From Treponema sp. (GTDB taxonomy: Bacteria > Spirochaetota > Spirochaetia > Treponematales > Breznakiellaceae), in the NCBI GenBank assembly GCA_031268975.1, contig JAIRWM010000058.1, forward strand, positions 905-64,904: 64,000 nucleotides of DNA, in the 5' to 3' direction. The notes beneath the pieces are model-generated. The model searched no databases, was not told the DNA's origin, and saw only the letters and a list, made by a program, of their open reading frames with translations. A program made the translations under genes and the position numbers. Positions within the stretch are counted from its first letter, which is position 1, and the number at the start of each line of letters is the position of its first letter. Shown piece by piece: positions 58,264-64,000 of the stretch.

Positions 58264-60441
58264 ATGGCGAAAAAAACCAAGGCGATATACGCCCCCGGTG
58301 AACTTTCAAAAGTCAGGGGAAAGCTGGGTAATCTGAACGACTCGGAAGCCAAACGCATGGCCCGGATTCTCGGCGGCGAAGTCGGTTATGAGCGGTCGGA
58401 AGTCCAGGAAGATGCCCGGCACAGGAAACAAGTACGCCACGAAACAGTAGAAGTCGCCGTCGGAGACAGAAAGCCTTTCCGCAGGGTAGAAACGGCGGGA
58501 GCGGACAGCGCGGCTCCGGGCAGCGCACAGCGAAAAATTGCCCGCAGAAGGGACAACGATCCTGTAGACGATCCGTCGGTCCCCGTCAAGGCCAGTTACT
58601 GGGAACGGGTCCGAATGGACAAGTACATGGGCCAGCCTGAGTTCGAAATAAAGTCATCCGGACAGGTACTGTTTTCCATGCTGTCCATCCTGAACGATCC
58701 TCCGGATATGGTAAGCCCGGTTTTTGTAAACCGCAGAATGAACAACTATTACAAACGTATTGAACTTTTGGTAACCTCAATGCGGTCCCTGCTGCCCCGC
58801 AACAACCTTAAACGGAACGAAAAACTGAAAAAAGCGTCTCCGTTCGCGTTTGCCGTTCTTGACACAATCCGGTACTGGAACATAGACCAGATTTCCAGCA
58901 GCCTGTCGAAGATACAGGCTCATCCCCGGAACGCAAAAGTTCAGGATTTCCAGGATATCCTCAGGGACATTTACAGGCCGCTTTTTATCCTTGAAAAACT
59001 CGACGTGGAAACCCACATTAAAGGATCGTTCAAACTTCTTTATAAAATTCTTTACCTGGAAAATCCGGGCGAAGCGAAAACAAAGTATCAGGAACTTATA
59101 CGAAACGCCCTTGTATCCTATGGACTGATACACCGGGATATCCGCTTTCAGCTTTACCCCATGCTCCTTAAACTGCTTTCAAACTGCTGGATACCGTATG
59201 AATCCTTTTTCGTGGAACGGAAAAACCGCATCAGGGCGCTCCTCCAGGTAACCGAAAAAAACAGAATCAGCCCCAACATGGGGAACGCCGCGGAAGCAGA
59301 AGAAGCCGCGCAGGAAGCCGAAGAGAACGGGGAATCCGGAGAACAGGGAGAGTCCGGAGAGCCTGGAGAGCCCGGCAAGAATGAAGACGGCGTTGAAACT
59401 GTGGAAGTGTTTGACGAAAGCGACATGGACGAACCGCTTACCGAAGAAGAGCGGATCAAACGGCAGTACGGCGAGACGGAGAAAAAAGCCGTAGACCGGG
59501 GACTGTCCACCCTGGAAGCTCTGTTCCCAAAAGCCGGCTGGGAACGCATCCGCGTCTATCCCGATTTTTATCCCTATTTTTCCGATGTTTTCCACTTCAA
59601 AAAAGGCTTTGAGCTTGTTGCCCCTACAGATCCGCTCCAGCAAATTGTGATACTGATGCGCATCCTTGAAGAACTGTTCTTTGGGCTTCGTTATGTGATT
59701 TTCGGCGTAATCATGGGTCCGGACGGCAGCCCGGAACGCATTGACGATTCAATCGGCAGAATTATAAATGAGTGGCAGAAAAATACCGAAACAAGCCTTG
59801 ACAAGGAATACCTTCCCCGGCTGGATGAATATTGCCGCCTTCTGGAAAATACAGCCGAATCCAGAACCAGCAATTACGCCAAACGGCTGCTCAATGAACT
59901 GCATTGGATAAAGCGTCTGTATTTTCTTCCGTATTACAAGTTTGAATCGATTATGCCGCCGCCGTTCCAGAAGAACGCCATTACCGCGGTGTATCCGGAA
60001 ATACGGCTGCTCCGCAAATACCTTACCGCCGTTGCCACCGGAATTGATCAGGGGATCAAACGCGGCGGCATGGAAAAACACGCACCCTGTGACGGCATAG
60101 ACAACCCCTGGGATTCCTATATTTTTCAGGTGCCCAATCCCCTTTCAATCCGCCTTGATGCCCTGCTTTCTCCCAAAAGACGGAACAACGCGTCGCTGAT
60201 TTTTTTCACACTCGCGGTTACGGTACTACTGGATCACCTTGTCAACAACGAAGACAGCTGGGCCTACAGCCATAAGGCGGAGTTCCTGTTTCGCAGCGAA
60301 AACGGCGAAGGAGTGCGGCCCTTGTTCGGGGTGGAAACAAAGATCGACACCGAAGCCATTTTCAGGCAAGTGTTAAAAAAGCGGACGGCGGCCGCGGCCC
60401 TGGCTGCCGCGGAAGCGAAAGCCTCGGAAATCAACGTTTAA
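58264..60441 (+). CDS. 725-aa hypothetical protein with a central acidic low-complexity linker
   Basis: The ATG lies 2 nt after the DUF2804 stop. I recognise no motif in it. The ORF is long and has the same codon style as its neighbours. Confidence 0.7.
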   Translation: MAKKTKAIYAPGELSKVRGKLGNLNDSEAKRMARILGGEVGYERSEVQEDARHRKQVRHETVEVAVGDRKPFRRVETAGADSAAPGSAQRKIARRRDNDPVDDPSVPVKASYWERVRMDKYMGQPEFEIKSSGQVLFSMLSILNDPPDMVSPVFVNRRMNNYYKRIELLVTSMRSLLPRNNLKRNEKLKKASPFAFAVLDTIRYWNIDQISSSLSKIQAHPRNAKVQDFQDILRDIYRPLFILEKLDVETHIKGSFKLLYKILYLENPGEAKTKYQELIRNALVSYGLIHRDIRFQLYPMLLKLLSNCWIPYESFFVERKNRIRALLQVTEKNRISPNMGNAAEAEEAAQEAEENGESGEQGESGEPGEPGKNEDGVETVEVFDESDMDEPLTEEERIKRQYGETEKKAVDRGLSTLEALFPKAGWERIRVYPDFYPYFSDVFHFKKGFELVAPTDPLQQIVILMRILEELFFGLRYVIFGVIMGPDGSPERIDDSIGRIINEWQKNTETSLDKEYLPRLDEYCRLLENTAESRTSNYAKRLLNELHWIKRLYFLPYYKFESIMPPPFQKNAITAVYPEIRLLRKYLTAVATGIDQGIKRGGMEKHAPCDGIDNPWDSYIFQVPNPLSIRLDALLSPKRRNNASLIFFTLAVTVLLDHLVNNEDSWAYSHKAEFLFRSENGEGVRPLFGVETKIDTEAIFRQVLKKRTAAAALAAAEAKASEINV

Positions 60442-60463
60442 CCGGGGCGCGTTATCAGACCGG

Positions 60464-60857
60464 TTAAAATCGCCGCGCTATACTAAAACTTACATCCGCG
60501 GTTTCCAAAACATTTAATTTTCCGCTGTTTTTGATGTAAAACAAAAAATTACTTTCAAGGATAATATTCATAGACCATAATTTCCCGTGATTTCCCAATG
60601 CCAGCTTTGGCCGCATTTGCGGTGAAAAACAAATACTCCCGTCATCATAACTTATTCCAAGACCCGGAGTAATAACGCCCATTATAGTATTCCAGATTCC
60701 CCTCAATATAAAATTTATCCAGGCAATATTTTAATCCCAGGTCAAATGTCATTGCCATGTTTTCGTTCATCACAATAACCAGCGGCAGGGTAATACCATA
60801 AGCCGCGGAATTCTTTTTCACTTTTCCAGTGTACGTTTTATTTGCGGCGTTGTTCAA
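60464..60857 (-). pseudogene. frameshifted, N-terminally truncated outer-membrane beta-barrel gene remnant
   Basis: Two overlapping ORFs lie in different frames (60645-60857 and 60464-60706). Both have alternating beta-strand-like sequence and the second ends ...DVSFSIARRF with a terminal Phe. There is no signal peptide, and a stop codon lies directly upstream. The region is AT-rich. Confidence 0.5.
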
Positions 60858-60880
60858 TAAGTTCTACCGCGGACTGTCTG

Positions 60881-62278
60881 CTATTGACCGATATCCCGCC
60901 GGTATGCCATTCCTTCAAATGTTACGGCATCCAGGGCGCTGTAGGCTTTTTTCCGGGCTTCTTCCGCGCTGGCGCCGTATGCCGAAACGGCAAGGACCCG
61001 GCCGCCTGAAGTCCGCAGCCCCGAGCCGCCGGGCCCCCCGGGGCCGCGGACGGCGCCGGCGGCAAAGAGGACGGCGCCGGTTTTCGCAAACGCCGCTTCG
61101 TTGAAGGCGATTGCGCTGCCCTTGTGGTATTCGCCGGGGTAGCCTTTGGCCACCGCCACCGGCGCGCAAACCGCGCCCGGTTTCCATTCAAGGGGAAACG
61201 AGTCAAGGCTGCCGTCCGCAATGGACAGGCACAGTTCCGCAAAATCCGATTTCATCAACGGAAGCACTGCCTGGGTTTCGGGGTCGCCCAGGCGGACATT
61301 GTATTCAAGAAGATAGCATGTTTCGTCTTTTATCATCAGACCGAAAAAAATAAAACCCCGGTAGTCAAAGCCTTCTGCCTGTATGCCTTTCAGGGTTGGG
61401 GCGAGAACCGCCTTTTCGAAATCCCGGCGGGCCGTGGCGGAAAAATCGGGCGCCGGAGCAATGGCCCCCATGCCGCCGGTATTGGGGCCCTGGTTGTTGT
61501 CAAAGCGACGTTTGTGATCCCTGGCCGATACGAAGGGCAGTATGCAGCCGCCTTTGCCCCGGCCGGAAGATGCCGCGCGGCCCCCGGACACGCTGACCGC
61601 GGCAAGAACCGATACTTCGCGGCCTTCGATAAACTCTTCAACAACAAGCGTTTTTCCTGCGCCTCCCAGCGATCCTTCCCCCATAAAGGAAACGATGGTG
61701 TCCGCCGCTTCTTTCGGATCGGAAGTGATGACAACTCCCTTTCCCGCCGCAAGTCCGTCGGCCTTGATCACAAGGGGCGGAATGTCCCCGCCGCCTTTAG
61801 CTGCGGACGGTAGGCTGTTTTTTTTGCCGCCAGCCTTCTCCCGGCCGAAATGGCGCTTTGCCGCGTCGAGCGCTTCTTTCATATCGGTAAAGGTATATGA
61901 TTTTGCCGTCCGTACCCCGTACGTTTCCATAAACGATTTTGCGTAAGCTTTGCTTGATTCGAGCATGGCTCCTTTTTTTTCAGGACCCACGATGGGAAGC
62001 CCCGCTTCGTTAAACATGTCCGCGATACCGGAGGCGAGGGGAACTTCGGGGCCGACTATGGTCAGATCGATTTTTTCTTTTTTGGCATACCGGATAAGGG
62101 CTTCCTGAACTTCTTTTTCCTCAGGCCCCCTGCCAAAAAGGTCCACATTCTCGCAGCCTCCTCCCGCTGTTCCGCCATTGCCGGGCGCGGCATACACTTT
62201 CCGCACCCTGGGAGACTGTAACAATTTCCAGACCATGGCGTGTTCCCGCCCGCCGGAACCGATAACCAGCACTTTCAT
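60881..62278 (-). CDS. purD: phosphoribosylamine-glycine ligase
   Basis: It has MKVLVIGSGGREHAMVWKL, IKADGLAAGKGV and DHKR. Confidence 0.93.
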   Translation of the reverse strand: MKVLVIGSGGREHAMVWKLLQSPRVRKVYAAPGNGGTAGGGCENVDLFGRGPEEKEVQEALIRYAKKEKIDLTIVGPEVPLASGIADMFNEAGLPIVGPEKKGAMLESSKAYAKSFMETYGVRTAKSYTFTDMKEALDAAKRHFGREKAGGKKNSLPSAAKGGGDIPPLVIKADGLAAGKGVVITSDPKEAADTIVSFMGEGSLGGAGKTLVVEEFIEGREVSVLAAVSVSGGRAASSGRGKGGCILPFVSARDHKRRFDNNQGPNTGGMGAIAPAPDFSATARRDFEKAVLAPTLKGIQAEGFDYRGFIFFGLMIKDETCYLLEYNVRLGDPETQAVLPLMKSDFAELCLSIADGSLDSFPLEWKPGAVCAPVAVAKGYPGEYHKGSAIAFNEAAFAKTGAVLFAAGAVRGPGGPGGSGLRTSGGRVLAVSAYGASAEEARKKAYSALDAVTFEGMAYRRDIGQ

Positions 62279-62329
62279 GGCGACAGTATACAACTTACCC
62301 CGGCAGAAAATCTATGACGCACAATCGCG

Positions 62330-63970
62330 CTAATGCTTAAAATGCCGGGTTCCGGTAAACACCATGGCAATGCCGTGTTTGTCGCAGGCTTCGATTGATT
62401 CGCTGTCCCGCATGGATCCGCCCGGCTGGATGATCGACCTAATCCCCGCGGCGGCGGCGGATTCCACGACATCGGCAAAGGGGAAAAACGCGTCGGAAGC
62501 CAGCACCCGCGCGGGCGCGGCGTCCGTGAACGGCCCTGTTCCGCCGCCGGCTGCCGCGGCCTTGAGCGCCGAGGACGCGCGGGCAAGAGCCTGTTCCGCC
62601 GCCCAGATGCGGTTTGTCTGCCCGCCGCCTATACCACAGGCGGCCCTGTCTTTTACAACAACAATGGCGTTGCTTTTTACAAACATCACCGCCCGCAGGC
62701 CGAAGATCATATCGGCAATGTCGGCGGCATCCGGGGAAGCCTTTGTAACCACATCCCACTTTTCAAGAAGCTTTCTGTCGGCATCCTGAACAAGCAGCCC
62801 GCCGTCAACGGCAATACATTCGGTTTTATCCGACGGAGCGCGGCGGGACTTCATTATCCTGAGGTTTTTTTTCTTTTTCAGAATTTCAAGGGCTTGCGGA
62901 TCATAATCCGGAGCTGCCACAATTTCCAGAAAAAGACCGGAAAGTTTTGCCGCCGCCGCCGCGTCAACCATTGCCGTGAACGCCACAATGCCCCCGAAGA
63001 TCGACACCGGATCGCAGGCATAAGCTTTTTCGTAAGCTTCCGGCAGCGTCGAACCCAGCGCCACGCCGCAGGGCGTATTGTGTTTCACCGCCACACAGCA
63101 GACCTGTCCGGCCTGTTCAGACAGCCCCAGCCGGACAAGATCCGCGCTGCCGGAAGCTTCCTGTCCACCCAGACCAAAGGCGCAGGCGGTTTTCCAGGCA
63201 AGATCAAGATCGCGGATGTTGTTGTAACCAAGTTCCTTTCCGTTTAGCTGCTCCATTCCCGCCAGGGCGCCGGGCCTGTCTGCCGAAAGATACAGCGCCG
63301 CGCTCTGGTGGCCGTTTTCCCCATACCGAAGACTCTGCCCCTTTTTAAGAGACAGCGGCCAGAAAGCGGGATAGCCGGCCGGATTATCAAGCTCCAAGAG
63401 ATAGCGGGCAATGGCCGCGTCATAGGCGGACGTCAGGTCGAAGACCTTTCCCGCCAGACGTTTTCTTAATTCGGCGGAAACGGAATTGGTCTCAAGACCG
63501 GAAATCACTTCAGGATAATCTTCCGAATCTGTAAGGACGATCACATCACGGTAATTCTTCGCCGCCGAACGGAGCATTGCGGGGCCGCCTATGTCGATAA
63601 ATTCAACCGTCTCTTCCAGAGAAAGCCCGGCCTGGACTTTTTCAAAAAACGGATAGAGATTCACACAGACAAGATCGATGGTTCCCAGTCCCAGCCTATC
63701 CAGCGTTTCCATGTGGGCGCGAAGATCCCGCCGGGCAAGAAGCCCCGCGTGAATCGCCGGATGCAGGGTTTTGACCCGGCCGTCAAGACACTCGGGAAAT
63801 CCCGTTACAGAAGAAACATCCGTTACGGGGATTTTATTTTCGCCAAGGTATTTTGCCGTTCCACCGGTGGAAAGGATTTCCCAGCCATCGCCGGAAGCCC
63901 CGGAAAGATACGACGCCAGGGCGGAAACTCCCGATTTATCATATACGCTTATCAAAGCCCGCTTTTTCAC
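62330..63970 (-). CDS. purH: bifunctional AICAR transformylase / IMP cyclohydrolase
   Basis: It has KRALISVYDKSG, GRVKTLHP and a C-terminal RHFKH. The start is taken as the GTG at 63970, 5 nt after AAAGGAG. The ORF is open to the window edge at 64000. Confidence 0.9.
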   Translation of the reverse strand: MKKRALISVYDKSGVSALASYLSGASGDGWEILSTGGTAKYLGENKIPVTDVSSVTGFPECLDGRVKTLHPAIHAGLLARRDLRAHMETLDRLGLGTIDLVCVNLYPFFEKVQAGLSLEETVEFIDIGGPAMLRSAAKNYRDVIVLTDSEDYPEVISGLETNSVSAELRKRLAGKVFDLTSAYDAAIARYLLELDNPAGYPAFWPLSLKKGQSLRYGENGHQSAALYLSADRPGALAGMEQLNGKELGYNNIRDLDLAWKTACAFGLGGQEASGSADLVRLGLSEQAGQVCCVAVKHNTPCGVALGSTLPEAYEKAYACDPVSIFGGIVAFTAMVDAAAAAKLSGLFLEIVAAPDYDPQALEILKKKKNLRIMKSRRAPSDKTECIAVDGGLLVQDADRKLLEKWDVVTKASPDAADIADMIFGLRAVMFVKSNAIVVVKDRAACGIGGGQTNRIWAAEQALARASSALKAAAAGGGTGPFTDAAPARVLASDAFFPFADVVESAAAAGIRSIIQPGGSMRDSESIEACDKHGIAMVFTGTRHFKH

Positions 63971-64000
63971 TGTCACTCCTTTTCGTCCGGCCGCAAACAT

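Overview
This is a 64-kb bacterial chromosomal window with 54 protein-coding genes (one cut by the left edge) and one gene remnant. I found no rRNA, tRNA, CRISPR array, IS element or phage genes. Calls come from reading the supplied ORF translations and the DNA by eye, with no database search. Start codons were refined from RBS spacing and gene junctions.

Gene content suggests a spirochaete (Treponema-like) genome, but that is inference only. The clues are groEL without groES, cheX, a GerMN protein, htpG and many CUT2 sugar ABC systems.

**Layout**
- 0.1-7.4 kb: a nitrogenase-like D/K pair, an Fe-S serine-dehydratase-like gene, a Cys/Met PLP enzyme and a full-length nifB. No NifH-type gene occurs anywhere in the window.
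- 8.4-10 kb: groEL.
- 10.2-24.7 kb: a sugar locus with araB-like kinase, rpiB, LacI, two complete CUT2 ABC transporters, a ROK kinase, DUF4867 and a mutarotase.
- 24.9-30.4 kb: a translationally coupled operon of TetR, cimA, ilvB, a metallophosphoesterase and a HAD phosphatase.
- 30.5-33.1 kb: two rRNA-methyltransferase-like genes plus a PilZ gene.
- 33.2-42.8 kb: XRE-cupin regulator, acyl-CoA synthetase, MATE pump, eno, radA, cheX and htpG.
- 43-49.2 kb: an AT-richer block with a DapA-family lyase, GntR, an amino-acid ABC transporter and an aminotransferase.
- 49.3-56 kb: a GerMN gene, then a third sugar ABC operon with a Gfo/Idh/MocA oxidoreductase and a TIM-barrel isomerase.
- 56.1-60.4 kb: a PflX-like radical SAM gene, DUF2804 and a 725-aa unknown protein.
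- 60.9-64 kb: purD and purH.

**Most interesting observations**
1. The H-less nitrogenase-like locus sits among sulfur-amino-acid and serine enzymes.
2. A conserved extended hairpin of about 65 nt lies in the 5' leaders of both the nitrogenase-like operon and the TetR-cimA-ilvB operon. Differences between the two copies preserve base pairing.
3. Several unusually long, repeat-rich non-coding gaps. One 108-nt element is present twice in inverted orientation.
4. The uncharacterised radical-SAM/DUF2804/725-aa gene trio.
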